This document shows, one piece after another, positions 1 through 13,700 of a DNA stretch of 64,000 bases. The notes beneath the pieces were generated by a model that did no database searches, was not told the DNA's origin, and saw only the letters and a program-made list of their open reading frames with translations. The stretch is from assembly GCF_009914755.1 (NCBI RefSeq), contig NC_060928.1, one strand, 5' to 3'. The translations under genes and the position numbers were made by a program. The DNA is from the human T2T-CHM13v2.0 reference genome, Homo sapiens. Position 1 is the first letter of the stretch. Each line of letters opens with the position of its first letter.

Positions 1-220
1 ATTGAAAGAAAAACTATATTTATTTATATCTCTATATTATATAATGTGTCTATTATAAAATTGTATATAATATGTGTCTAATATAAAATTATGTGTCTAT
101 TATATATGTATAAATTATATGTATATTAATTTATAATATATTACATATTATATAACATACATAATATAATTAATAATAATTACATAAATAATATATTATT
201 AACATATATATTATCCCTAT
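1..220. repeat. AT-rich low-complexity / degenerate (TA)n
   Basis: Almost pure A/T, with repeated ATGTGTCTA..TATAAAATT units. Confidence 0.8.
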
Positions 221-384
221 ATTTATTTGCTGAGACCTGTGTGGTTCTTGTCTTTTTTATATTTTCCTGTGCTATTCATAATTTTCCTATTGACTTATAT
301 GAGTCCTGTACAGATGGAAGCTTTTAACCTTTTGTGTGTTGCATTTACAAAAAAATAATCTGTTGATTTGTGGTATTATACAAT

Positions 385-690
385 TGGGAAAAGAAATAAG
401 TATTTCATAAATGATGCTGATAAATTATTTTGGTAAGGGAGAATGGGAAGGAGAGATTGGAGTGGGTGTTAACCCTTTACTCTATCCTTTCACAAAAGTC
501 CATGTCAGGCAGATTGAAGAGGTAAGTATAAAGAAAAAAAAAAAAAAAAACTCAAGAAAAAATTAAGAAGATACCATAAGATATCTCTAATTTATAATTT
601 GTGAAAGCCTGTTTAAGTGAAAAACCAATGAAAGAAATTACCAAAGGGAAAAAAGATTTGACCACATTAAAAATATTAGAATCTATAGGT
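385..690 (+). mobile_element. Old L1M ORF2 3' fragment
   Basis: ATAAATGATGCTG...TTCACAAAAGTCC...CAGATTGAAGAG...GATTTGACCACATTAAAA resembles L1 AATAAATGGTGCTGG...TGGATTAAAGA...; heavily diverged. Confidence 0.5.
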
Positions 691-1059
691 CTAATTTCAA
701 TAAAAATGATTGCTAAGAGGAAATCACTCATTTTAAATGTAAATTCCTAATACTGACTGATATAACTAAATAATAAGGATGATAGCTAAATCTTTTTACA
801 ATTGATAACCACTTAACCTAATATTCTAAAACACAGAACCATTTTATAGGCAGATATGATTCAAACATAGTTGGAATTTCATATATAATGAGGCTTTTGA
901 AGTAAATGTATTTGTATTTTGACGATGTTTTATTAGAGAAAAATGTTGCCTTTCTAGTTAGCTGAGAGTTCAGAGAGCCCGTTTTCTGTTAAGCGACTCT
1001 TGAGCTGAAGTCCTGGGTGGAAGTGCTTACCATGGTGCCCACACTGCTGTCACCCGTGC

Positions 1060-1200
1060 CCTGATGACTGATGACTACAGCCCCAATCTCTTTCCCAGGC
1101 TCCAGGCTGATGTTTCTAACTGCCAGAAAGCCATACTTGAGTGTCAGACTGTCAATCGGTCTGTCTGAAACTTAAGAACTCATTCTCCTTTCCTAACCCG
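1060..1200 (+). mobile_element. L2 LINE fragment
   Basis: GATGACT..CAGCCCCAATCTCTTTCCCAGGCTCCAGGCT...TCTAACTGCC matches the L2 consensus core. Confidence 0.65.
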
Positions 1201-3104
1201 TTCCTCCCCAGGTATTCTCTCTCTCTGTTATTCCACTTTAGAAGTCTCTCTACTTTGCTTCTTTCCCTCCATTTTAATGGTATTTCTCTAGTGTGGGCCC
1301 TTCTCATGAATCACATCACTCTTTCAAAAACTTGTCCCTTTGCCTGTTTATCTTTTCTCTTTCCCCAACTCCAAAACGTAATGAGATGCTCCAGAATATA
1401 TCTGTGAAGACTCCACCTTCCCCTTGTATATTTTGGAACATTCACAACTACGAAAGAACTGTAAAAGAATGTGCCCTTTATACATTTCATTCAAACCGTA
1501 TTCCATATTCCCTCACACACTTAAAAAATATATATTGTAAATAGCAAGTGCTTTCTTAAGCAGAAGCAGTCCTGCCAAGTCAGATGTAGAGATAAATTAA
1601 AGGAATGACAGGGTGCTTGCCAATGATTGTGAGTGAAGGAGGGGGAGGAGGAGCATGAGAAGAGGATTAACTAGGATTCGCTTTTACCTTTCACCTCATG
1701 CTCACTTTCTCTCATCTCTTCATCTCCTTGGTCTTACTCTCAACTCCTTAGATCAAGGATCATGGCTGCCTTTACTCAGAACATGGACAACGGAGACACA
1801 AAAACTAAGCTAAAATTTATCTGAATATGGGGTGGACCCTGAAATGAACCACTGAAACAAAAAAAAAATCTTTTAAACTGCTTATAAATTGTGTTTATTT
1901 CTATCCTTTTAGATTTACCATAATTAAATATTATAATACACAGACACAACCTCCCTTTAATAAGCTTTACTCTTCCAAAAGTCAAGAATTGTTGTACTCT
2001 TCAGAAAACTAAAATTACAGTGATTTTTATGCTGATTGTTAAGTAATTCTGGATTCATCATCTTAATAAAATGTTGGGACAAATGTCTACTAAAACCTAA
2101 TGAAAATTAGTGAGACTAGCTTCTGGAGAGAACCAAATGCTTGTTATTTTACCTCAGTCTGCTACCGTGATCTTGGAGTGAAATTATCAAGAACAAAGGA
2201 GGGAGTATATATTTAAATATAACAAGTCTTTTAAATAATGTATTTTCTTTTCTGTACTTTTTATTTCTAAATAAATGAAATAATTTATATGCTAAATAGC
2301 CAACTTGGTAATTTGTCATATAGACATAGTCAAAGTGAAATGATTCACAATTCTCATCCCTAACTCTACACTTGAGAATTTTCTCTGTAAAATAGAAGGT
2401 AATGTTCAGTTTGATAAAAATTTCTTTTGGCAATGATAATATTATTAATTATCTTGAATATATTTTTGTGTATTTTTATGGAATCAATAGTTTTTCATAT
2501 GCACATATTTAATGAAAAGTACAAATTTGCTTTAGAATGAAAGTCAGAATTAATACAGAATGATATTATTTAACTATTTTCACTTAACACATTTCAGAAG
2601 TTTATTTTGTTGTGGTAGCCAAGGTGTGGAGCATTAAGGAACTTAGGCATCTCTTTATAAACTACCTGAAAGACAGTCCCCTTTTGCCTTTCCCTAACAA
2701 CTTATCTTTGGTGTGTTCTTAGAAGAATCATATAGTAAAAATCATAGGGCCAAGCTGTCCTTTACTTTAGTTACCTGAGTCTTCTATGTTCATCACTATT
2801 GTAAAAGTTGAATTTCTTCTGAATCTAGTAATAAAACAAAGTGAAGTGAAGCCAAAAATTCTATAGAAGAAAACATAATCTTTCACCTCCTTTATTTTTT
2901 CTTGTTAACATTACCAAAGTTTTATTATGTGAACCACACTGCATGTTTTACTATGTGAACTGCACTGTACTTCATTTTGTGGCCAGTGAAAAATTAAGAT
3001 GTTAGGTCATGAGCAGTCACAGCAATATATATGGAATTGTGGGGGTTCATTCAGAAGTCCAATGAAAAAGTCAATGTAAGAAGAAAAAAAAATTATACTA
3101 CCAT

Positions 3105-3195
3105 GAGTAACTACTGCTTTTTGAGTATCTGCTGTGTGCTCAGCACCATGCTTAATGCTTTACATACAACATCTCAATTAATCCTCACCACAACA
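3105..3195 (-). mobile_element. MIR SINE fragment
   Basis: TTGAGTATCTGCTGTGTGC..GCACCATGCTTAATGCTTTACAT..CTCAATTAATCCTCAC. Confidence 0.75.
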
Positions 3196-4644
3196 CATTT
3201 CAATGTATTAGTAAAGAAAAGCGATGATCTGTCACCTACAAAAACAATCGAACCATACATTTAAATGATTTATTTAACTATATTTACAACAGTTATTGAG
3301 TACCTGTAGGTATCAAATGCCAGAGCTAGAAGAATAATCTGTCTGGTTCCCTGGTTCTTGAAAAGACATGGCTCTAAAGAAAAATAAAGAAAGTTATCAA
3401 TTGAACAGAGACAGATGTATATTGGAATAAACAAAAAACAAAAGCAGATCTGGACAAAACTGATAAATGCTTTCCTTAACTCCCAACCTTCACTTTGCCC
3501 ATGGTATCACTCCACATTGGCTCCCAGTCTCACACCTGACTCACCCATTTTCTCCCTAATGCAGACCTTTTCTCAGATAACTCCGTCTTCCTGTTTCCCT
3601 CTTCATGGCATCTTCATCAAGCATGTCTGCTTCATGTTGTATTCTATTAGAGCACTTCTATCAATCATTAGCTGTGACAGTGAATTAATTGGGTAAATGA
3701 ATCCTTACTTTGGTGTTAATAAGAAACAATAGCTTATAAGATATTCCTCCCAGGTATATGTACCATTGTCACCGAACTCCTTTTGCAGTAAAGTGTCAAA
3801 GTATTTTCAGGAACTGAGGAAAGTTGATAGAAGGGCAATTTGGGGACAGCATTTAAAAAGGCATTTAGTTCCATTCAGAGGACACACACTGGTAGATTTG
3901 TTCATTTAGCAAATATTCTTTCCTTCATTCAGCAAGTATCCCCCCTCCCATATGCCATGCCTGTTGTAGGTGCTGGACATACCATAGTGAATAGGACAGC
4001 ATAGTCCTCATACAGCCCCCACCTAAGTCTGTTAGGTATCACATGCTCTTCTAGGGGCTGCAAAGTCCTTGGAGGTGAATAAGATAATAGACTCTACATT
4101 TGAGTCTGCAGACTCAGAAGCCTCAGGTAGGATAATCTGGTGATGCTTTCTCATCTATATATATTCATAGAATTGCTTGTATATGGGATGAAGACTGACC
4201 TGTACTTGCCCTTTCACAGAGTTTGCTGAAGACTGCTGAAGGTGAACATCCAATAATGCTTTAAGAAATATTCCTCTGGCCACTGTGTTGGGAATTTAAA
4301 CCAGGGTTCACAAACACAAATACATATATATGGGCCTAATAGACCAAAAGAAAAAGAATCAGTGCTATCAATTGGGTATAAGACAAGGTGGATTTTGGGG
4401 AACTATGTTGAGTCAAAAAATATGTTACTTAAAGGAATTCAAATATAAAATGCAAAAACACATGACCATCCAATTAAAGCACTGATGAAGACCCCAGAAC
4501 TTGATGTGTATGTCATTAAATTTTTATCTTTGATTAGCAGAATTGACTAATCAAAAACTGAATATATTTAACAAATCCATAAATTATATTTATATGTATG
4601 GCTCCATTGGGATGGTACCTATAAGTTATCTTAAGTAATATTAT

Positions 4645-5420
4645 ATTAATCTGTTCAAAACAGTTATTTTACACCTACTATGTCCTGGGACAGTTCTAGG
4701 TGCTTGAGATACATTGGTAGCAAGTTAGATGAAAATTTCTTTGTGGCGTTTTTGTTCTGGCATGAGTAAATAACAGAAATGATTTTTTAAAGTACCATGG
4801 AAAAGCCAACGGTAATTAGAAGATGCTTGAGGTGGCTGCAGTTTTTAATAGGAGATAAGGAGAATATGTTGAAAAGGTGGAATTGAGCCTTTGTTTTTTT
4901 TAATAATTCATGAGGGAGTCGGCCATGCAGATAGTTGGGAAGTGCAGTCCCGACTGAGGGAAGAGTGAGGGGGAGGGTAATCTGGAATCATGTGAGGCCT
5001 ATTCAAGTGACAGCAAGGAGGCCATTGTCACTGGAGTGAAGTGAATGAGAGGTAGAGCAAGGCTAACAACCTTCTAAACCATTTTAAGGATTTTAACTTT
5101 TCTCTAAGTGAAATGGAAATTGTTGTGTAGTTTTGTTAAATTATGTTTTACAAAATGTACTCCAGCTTCTATGTTGAGGGTGAACAAAGGTGGAAATATG
5201 GAGACAAGGTGGAAGGCTATTTCACTAATCCAAGCAAAAGACAATAGCATATAAGATATTTCTCCCACACAGCATGTAACGTTCCACTGAACTCTTCTGA
5301 CAATAAAATATCAAAGTATTTATAGGAGCTACATCATGCTCAGATCAAGGTGGTAGTTATGATTATAATTGTTGAGAAATTTGAGAAGCTGTTAGCTTCT
5401 AGGGTATTAGATGACAGCAA
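4645..5420 (-). mobile_element. L2 (L2a-like) 3' region carrying a 90-bp foreign insert at 5241-5330
   Basis: CACCTACTATGTCCTGGGACAGTTCTAGGTGCTTGAGATACA; GGAGGCCATTGTCACTGGAGTG; GGCTATTTCACTAATCCAAGCAAAAGA...GCTCAGATCAAGGTGGTAG. Confidence 0.8.
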
Positions 5421-6560
5421 CAGTGAGTTATCGGATGACATGTAATTGGAAGCTCTGGTATTAATAGGAAAGAGGAAGCAAAAATGTCTAAAAGCAGGAA
5501 TAAGGACTTAGTCTCTTTTACTTTCATACCTACTAGGCTGTGTTTGTAGGGGGAGGGAACCATTGCTCCATGAGAGAGTTGTAGGAAAGCATAGTTCTCA
5601 AGTAATAACTAGATTTTAATTTCGGCAGGAAAATAAAGAAAACACTGGTAGAAGCGCTTGAGAATGAATTGAGAGGATTTTTGTTGATGATGAGCCATGT
5701 ATCTCAGAGGGTACAATGGATGCTTTTAGAAATTGAGTGAGGGTTGAAGGATACAGAATAGGCCAGTGAGTATATAAATTATCTTCCAAGCAGAGTGTTT
5801 TTGCAAATGTAGAAGGATATTACTGATGTAAATGCCAGGACAGTAAGCATAAGTTGGAACTATTTCAGCCCCACCTGGACTCATGATAGCCCCAACTGCC
5901 TTATGAGAATTAGGGTGTGAGAGATGAGGGGTGCTTTGGAATTGGGGGCTTCTTGAAGAGATAGTCTTGAAAAGGGATAAACAGCCTAATGAGATTAGTC
6001 TTGCTGGATTCAAGGCAGATAGTAGCAGCAGAGTTGGAATATAGAGAGGGAAGTCACTATATTTGAGCTGAGACTTGAGTGATGAGCAGAAACAGCCTTA
6101 TTTCAATCTGAAGAAAGAGAGAAAGTCTTCCAAGTAGAAGGAACATCAGTGACAATGGCTTGAAATCTTTGAGGAAAATAAAGGCTAGCGTGGCTGGGGT
6201 ATCGTGAACAAGGGGGATTCGACAGCTCAAGTAGACAATGGCTGGAGGTAGTGTCTTTTGAGCTAAGCCTCTATCCAAGTTATGAACTTTCATCTAAACC
6301 CAGAATCTTTTGACAGTAAAAGATTAACTTTTAGTTAAAAAACTAAACTTTTAGTAAAAAAACTTTTACTAAAAAACTAACTAAACTAACTTTTAGTTAC
6401 TTTTTTACTAAACTAACTTTTAGTAAAAAAATAACTTCGTTATTGAGTATGCTGTGACAGAAGGTAGAAACCTGGCTAGTCTCAGGCATGCAGGGATGTA
6501 TGGTCATTTGAGTTTTAAAGCAGGTGAGAATTTGCTGTAGTTGGACTATCTTATTCATAT

Positions 6561-6579
6561 TGCCCACCTGGTGGCACTA
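6561..6579 (+). promoter_or_regulatory. Candidate CTCF motif
   Basis: TGCCCACCTGGTGGCACTA vs consensus TGGCCACCAGGGGGCGCTA; motif match only. Confidence 0.4.
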
Positions 6580-9500
6580 TAGGACAAGACAGGATTTTTT
6601 TCTTTTCTTTTTCTTTTTACCTTTTTTTTTTTTGCCTATCTGACCTGATATTGACATTTTCAGGAAGTCTGGTATATGTGTTTCCAAAACCTTCTGCAAT
6701 TTGTTAATTGTATTCATGGAATGCATCCATGCATTTTTTATTCTGTAGGTTATTTGTAGAAACCATAAAAAACAAAAACACCCTCCCTAATGGAAAGTCT
6801 TTTATTCAAAATAGATATAATCATTTCTCAAAATGCTAGTCATACTTCCCTAAAGGAAAATCTTGCTGCTTTATAACAAGATTCTAAACAAGGTGTATAC
6901 ATTTAAAATCAATTATGTGCTAAGAGCTGACTTGATTCTTTGAGTTGTTGCTGAGTCAGCTTAACAGCAAAATTAGGCCTCTCTGGGAGTCAAGACTTCT
7001 AATACATTTTTAGCCACGTCTTAGGAATTTAATATCAGATTTTCCTTAAATGTTAGTATCTAGACTCTATTACTGGTAGTGAGATGATCCAGCCTGGGAA
7101 TCAGAGCCACCGAAGGCCTTTTGAAGGGAAGTGCAGACAGGTCAATTGTCACAAGGAAGTCCAGGGATGGCCAGGCAGACAGGTGGCTCTTTTGGCAGAT
7201 TAGTGGAACATGGAAGGAGAAGCATTTGGCAACAAGTAATAGATAAAGCTCCAGGAAATCTGTCTATGTCTGGGAGGCTTGGTAGTAGAGAAGGGTCTTA
7301 ATCACACGAACAAGGGTTTAGTCTTTGGATAAAGAACAGCTATTTTTAAATGCATCTCCCCAACTAGTATACTTGGGGTGAGGGTTATGGAAATAGTGAC
7401 CAATTCCCTCTGTCTCTGGGACATGCTCAGGATGGCCATTATGGAGTTGGATGCAGATTCTGAACAGACGGATGGAGGCTAGGACCAGACAAATGCTGAC
7501 AGACCATTACACTATGGCAATAATAACTTCTGCTTAAATAGCTATGGGCTTTGCTGTGGCACATTAACCTCCAAAACCACCAGGACTCCCTTCCGTAGCA
7601 CAACGATAAGCAGAATTCATTCTATTCTCAGGTACCGTATTTTATTGGACCCAAACAATAGATGGGTTCCTGAGGGTTCAACCAGGACACTTAACTGACA
7701 GTGGAAGAGGGACTGTAGAGCTCAGAAAATGGGATTCCTAAACATGTAGAGCTGAACACACCTAGAGCCACCCAAACCAAGTTTTTACTCCTTTAAATTG
7801 TCTGTCATTTTATTCAGCTAAGAGAAAAATAAAATGCTTTTCTGTAACATATTTGATATTATCACATAATAGAAATCCCTGCGAAAACCTGGCAAAATGT
7901 TAACAAACATAAATGTGGCTTTAGTGAAACTTAGCCTTATTGCTGGATTTCCCCTTGGCTTACGTTTTTCTCTTGGCACTGTGCAGGTAGGCATAAAAAT
8001 GTGCACAGCTGTGTTAAACATTGTTATTAAGAGCAAATCTTTCCTTAATCTTTAACTAGGAACAATACACTCCCTTTCCAGAAACTCAGTAGTTAATTTT
8101 ATCTTTCATTTACTGCCTAAGACTTTTGTCATTGTGATGACTGTAATTATTATTAGCTACAAAAATAATCAGGGTACTTAAAAATACAAAAGATATTTCA
8201 GGGAGAAAGAGAGGATAAAAATAGTATGTCGCAAAGGAATTATAGGATATGAATTTCAATGTAGCTCCTATGGACTGAGAGATGTTTGTACAGTCTGTTC
8301 TATTTCCACTTTCAGGTAAAAAGTAATTCTGGTGGTACAAATTCATCTTTAGTGTGACTTTTTTTTTTTAACAAAAGGTATTTGAGTCTTTGAGGATTGA
8401 CTTCAGCTTTATCTGTGATGAAAGCCTGTTATAAATTACACCAAAAGTTTTAGAGAATATTCATTCCAGATAGTTAATGTGCCCATTTATTAAAATCACA
8501 CAGTGCTTTCTTCTAGGAAGATCAATTCTCCTTTCATGCCATAAAGAGTATGATGACTAAATGGGGGAGAAGACACACTGAGTGTTAAACGAGCAAAATA
8601 AATGTAGAAAAGCACAGAACAATGGAAAGAATTTTTAAAAAGTACCTTTTAAGAGGTACTAGAGAGTATCTTTTAGTTTTCTTCTCATATTTGAAAAGTT
8701 GTACTCTGTGTAATAGTGAAGGAGGTAATGTGTGTTAGATTATTGCAGTTGAAAGCTGTTCACTTTTTAACCAACAATCCTGTTAGGGATAATAATCGCA
8801 TGTTGCACAGTGATAACTTTCAATGCTGAGAAAAATAACTATGTCAAGAAGAGTGGTCAGTTTGCCTTATTGCTTCCCCTTAATGCCAATGCATCTTTGT
8901 GATAACAATGCTAATAGTCGATGTGCCTCTTTAAAGAAAAGCCTAAAGCTGGATACATATAAAATAAGCTGAATTGCATGATGCAAACTTGGAAATTCAA
9001 TGGCCATTTCATATTGGCTCCTTCTTTTGTCAGCTCTGAATTTTACAAATTACTAGCTACATCTCTCTGAATTGCTTTCTGTGGCATTTAAAATGTAGAT
9101 AATGTGGGTGCTTGTGAAAATTTTATTTTCTTAACAGCTGGCACAAGAATTAACTTAAAAAGACACATTTTTTTGTTTAGAACAGTGGTTGCCCACTGGT
9201 TTTCCCAGGCCTTATGCAGCCCACAGACATATTTACTCTGACATGAATCATATATTAAAATAAACCAATATTTTAAACTTAGGAGATTTTACATACATTT
9301 TGGATTCCCAGATTCTCTCATAAGACCAGATCAGTGTGCTCACATGTCAAACACTTTTTTTTTTGTAGCTAAATAACAGCTGTCCCTTTTAGGCCGGCAT
9401 GCCCTTTTCAGTTTGCCATGGTCCAGATCAGTTCCTGTTATCTTCCTCACGCTAAAGCAGGATGTCAGTTGTCATATTTCAATAGATTTGCATTGCTTTT

Positions 9501-10199
9501 TTCTGACATTCAGTTTACTTTAGTAATTCATAGTGTCCTGTCTTCTTGGTAATTATATGAATTTCCCTCTTTTTCACCTTCTATTTTAGAAGAGTGTCTT
9601 TATAAAAGATAATAGATATCTTGAGGGCAGAAGCCAAAACAAATATATATATATATATTTATTTATTTGAGAGATAAAACAAAGAATTTGATTTTTGCTT
9701 CTAGGAAGGAAGGGAGAGAAGAAAAGGAAGGGGGTGGAAAGGAAGGGGAGAGAGAATTTTAAAATATTTTGTAGAAGTAGAAGCACAATGTGGGGTGGGT
9801 TGGTCCAAGAAACTTTCCTAATGTTAGAGGCCACTAGTCATTTCAGCTGGAGAGTCATCTAACCATCAGTTTCCAGTTTGTTAGCCCCTAGCAGATGGCA
9901 GGATAGTTCACTGAGTGCCTTCCACTGAAGCGTAAAGCTAGAAACCAGAGAAAATGTCAATAATGTCAGTGCCCCCAAACTTCAGACAAAGTAGGGAGGC
10001 CTTTTGTCTTATACATGATTTAGAACGGTGTTTCGGAAAGATCTTACTTAGATTTTAGATCTCTGGTAGATTTCATTTGAAATTGACATGTTTTTATATT
10101 TGAAACACCACTTCAGATTATAAACACCTTTGTATAAACTTAGAGTTTTGATAACCTTGACAAGAGGGAGTAGTAAAGAATTGGATTTATTAAAAATAA

Positions 10200-10870
10200 T
10201 CATTAAAAACAAGTAATGTTATAATAACCTTGCTTCTGTCTTTGAGAGTAGATTAGGAAACATAGTGGATAAGGTTTCTGGACTTCACCAGAGCTTTTGA
10301 CAAGGATTTATGGTATCAAATAATAGACTGGAAGCTATACTTGGATAGTTTGTAATCATTTGAGAAAACTATTAAGAGTTTCTGTTTGGCAGATGTTTGT
10401 TGATTAAATATGGAGTCAATGGTATCCAAAAGTGGACTGGTATAAAAGTGTGAGGTTTCTCAAGCAATGGGAATCTGTTGAATTGAACATTCTTATTAAT
10501 TGATGTAATGAAGAGATAAGAATTCTTATCAAATTCATGGCAATGTAATTTAATTCTATTGTTTTGGAGCCAGGTTCAAATATCTCCATGGGTTTAACCG
10601 CAAGTTAAAAACAAGAGCTTCTCTAGTAAAATAACATTTTATAGTGTCCTGAACTTACTAGTATGGCTTTTGGATCAACATGGATAAAACGATGCTTAGA
10701 TATCTGGTAGAAAAATAAACTCACCATGAGTTAACAGTTTTATGTGATTGCCAAAAAATGGCTGTTAGTCTCAGAATGCATCAAGAGAATCACAGCATTT
10801 GTAACAGATATGAAAAATTGACTTTGTCTCACATGTCAACTCTGATTAGTGATAAGTTTTGCCTAGAGTG
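10200..10870 (+). mobile_element. L3/CR1 LINE remnant
   Basis: CTGGACTTCACCAGAGCTTTTGACAAGG resembles the CR1 RT motif LDFSKAFDKV; ATGAGTTAACAG..ATGTGATTGCCAAAAAA..TGCATCAAGAGAA resembles the L3 3' region. Confidence 0.7.
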
Positions 10871-11516
10871 CGACGTTGAGGGGAATCTGAAGCTGCATCT
10901 AAGCTTGGCAGGAAAATATTGCCATCAACTGATGACACCTGCTATGGCCACAGCAGGGAGCAATGGCAATTTTATACACTTGCTGTTTCTGGTGGAGAAT
11001 GAGGGAGATGATAGAATAAACCCTGTTTGCTGTATAATGTTCATAGAACACTTGGAACCTTTATTTTTTTGTGACAGGCTCTATTCTTATTCTTAAAAAT
11101 TGTTTTTGCCAGGGTATAGGCGTTCCCTTTTCTCTCCATCTTTGCCAGCATCTGTTGTTTTTTGACATTTTAGAGAAGTCTTGCTCTGGTAGTATGTATA
11201 CAAAGACTTTAACAATTGTTTGTTATTTTGGCTTATCTGTTCTACATGAGTTAATGTTACTGGTATAATAAAAACAGGTTATTAAGAGTCTGCAAAAACC
11301 AAGTTTGTGCCCTTGTCATTCTTCTTAGATGGGGATGAGTGGAAATGGGAAATGAGACCTTGAAATTGGAGAGATAGTACCTTTCCTTTCAAAATACACC
11401 TTTTTATTTTTTTCTTCTGGATGTGTATCAGTTACTTTAGGTAATTTTTACTTTTTATCAAGGTTTTGGATGTATACAGCTTCTTCCTTTGTTGTATGTT
11501 TTTGTCTTCTGTAGTG

Positions 11517-11773
11517 TTTTTTTTTAGTTTTTGTGGATATGTAGTAGGTGTATCTATTTATGGGTTACGTGAGGTATTTTGATATAGGCATGCAATGTGT
11601 AATAATCACATCAGGGTAAATGTGGTACACGACACCTCAAGTGTTTTTCCTTTGTGTTACATACAATCCAATTGTACTCTTCAAGCTATTTTAAAATATA
11701 CAATTAAATTACTTTTGACTATAGTCACCCTGTTGTCCTAGCAAATACTAGATCTTATTCATTCTTTCTAACT
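11517..11773 (-). mobile_element. L1MA-type 3' UTR fragment
   Basis: TAGTAGGTGTATCTATTTATGGG...GCAATGTGTAATAATCACATCAGGGTAAATG...GACTATAGTCACCCTGTTGT. Confidence 0.85.
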
Positions 11774-11839
11774 AAACCTTCTATTCTGGTAAACTTTCTC
11801 TTGCATTGAAAGGGAACCTTTTCTGTCTTTGTCTTTAAA

Positions 11840-12050
11840 GCAATGATTCTCAGTGAAGGTGATTTTGACCTCTAGGGCACATTTGGCAATGTCTGGAGGC
11901 ATTTTTAGTTATCATGATTGAGGGGTTGCTACTGGAATCTAGGGGCTAGAGGAAAGAGATGCTGCTAAATATCCTGAAGTACATAGAGACCTCCACAGCA
12001 AAGAATTTTTTAGTCCCAAATGTCAGTAGTGCCAATGTTGAGAAACCTTG
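11840..12050. mobile_element. MER20 (hAT-Charlie DNA transposon)
   Basis: CATTTGGCAATGTCTGGAGGCATTTTT...GATGCTGCTAAA...CCCAAATGTCAGTAGTGCC..GTTGAGAAACC. Confidence 0.9.
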
Positions 12051-13484
12051 CCCCAAAGTATTGATCCTGCTTTCTTGGTCAGACAGGCTGGCCCCAACAG
12101 GTCACTGTTTCTCTTCCTTTGGGTTCCATCTAGTTCTGAAACTAAGATGAGCTGGCATAAGTTGTCCTATTTATAAAATCTACTACCCTTTTGACATAAC
12201 AGACCTTCAACTGTTTAAACAGTTCTGTTATGTGAGACAGTGCCATGTAAAAGGTGGACTCTGTACTAGACTGTGTAGTTCAAATCCAAATTTCTCCATA
12301 CATGAGTTATATACCTTAGTTTACATTTTCATAAAAGGATCATCATTGTCATTGTCATAGATAATATTAGTAATAAAAATAGTTACCACATAGGGGTTTT
12401 CAAGTTAAATAAATGAATATACATATACATACGTGTGTACACACATGGACACATAGAAAAAAATGGCTATGCTAATTTTAGACTTCACCAAAGGAAGCAT
12501 AGCATGTTCAACAATAATGGAAAATAGATTTCATTAAGAGCTGTAAATGTTACACAAATGTTATTATTCTTTGTCCTGAGGTTCTTTTCCCCCTAGATTA
12601 AATAATTCCACTTATTTTAACTCTTTAGCAAAGAATATGGTTTGTGTCTATCCTCATTGGGTCCCTTATTTCAAGTCACCTCTATGTTGTTAGTGTCGTC
12701 CTGAGGTGGAAAAATCAATCAAGATTCTGCATTGGGTTCTAAGGTTCATCTGTTAGAGCCACTCATTTATTAAACTTATCAAATGAATCCTTTTTTTTCT
12801 TTCAAGGAGAAGGACCTTAAGGAATTTCTCCTATTTTGTGGGAATCAGCATGATTTCCTATAATTGATTAATCATGAAAAGATCAGTAAGGTGAGAGTGA
12901 ATAGGCTAATATTCACAAGCTTAGTGAATAAAATCAACTCTCTATGACAAAGGAGATTTACAAATTGAAGAGAACAAATATATTTTTTCTAGAACAAGCA
13001 TTTTAACAAATGTAGTTGCTTACTAAGTGAAATAATGGTCTCAAGAATACATGTTAATAGTCCTTAGATGACAACATAGAATTTTGCCCTTTTTAGATAG
13101 ATTTAGAAAGAAACTTAACCTTGCATTGGCAAGATACAAAAAATAAATGTAATGTAAATATTGTGGTAATTAATAGGTTTTTCATTAAGAATTAAGACTT
13201 GTGGCCTCTGGTTCAAACATATATTTAGTCAAGATTTAACAAAAATGATTAAAGCATATAATAATTTATTTTTGTATCCTACAAATACAGAACTATAAGC
13301 AACATATTATGCTATTGAATCATAGTCAAAAAGTCCATGTTTTTGGCATATCTCATAAGGTGCCCTTCTTATTTTGTGCTTTTGCATTTGGTTATAGAAA
13401 ATGTTATCAATATCTTTAGTAATATTACTTGAGTATATTTTGTATCTTAACTAAATTATCCTTTGTGCTAATTGAAGTGTTGTA

Positions 13485-13700
13485 CAGAGTGAATGGTAAG
13501 GATGTGGACACTGAAGCCTGTAGTCTGAGCTCTAGGTGTGTTACCTTCAGCAAGTTATTTAACACCACTTAGCTTCTGTTTCCTATACATAATGTGGTGC
13601 TACTAATACTACCGTTTATATAGGATTTTTGTGAGTATTAAATGCATTCATATATGTAAAAGCATTTAGAACATTGACACATAATATATATTAGCCATCT
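13485..13700 (+). mobile_element. MIR SINE
   Basis: GTGTTACCTTCAGCAAGTTATTTAAC..CTTAGCTTCTGTTTCCT...TGTGAGTATTAAATG...TGTAAAAGCATTTAGAACA. Confidence 0.8.

Noticed and set aside
8641-8660. Near-palindrome AGTACCTTTTAAGAGGTACT
   Set aside because: Short, imperfect and isolated; cannot be distinguished from chance
9886-9902. Second CTCF-like motif CCTAGCAGATGGCAG
   Set aside because: Mismatch at a conserved core C; weak match
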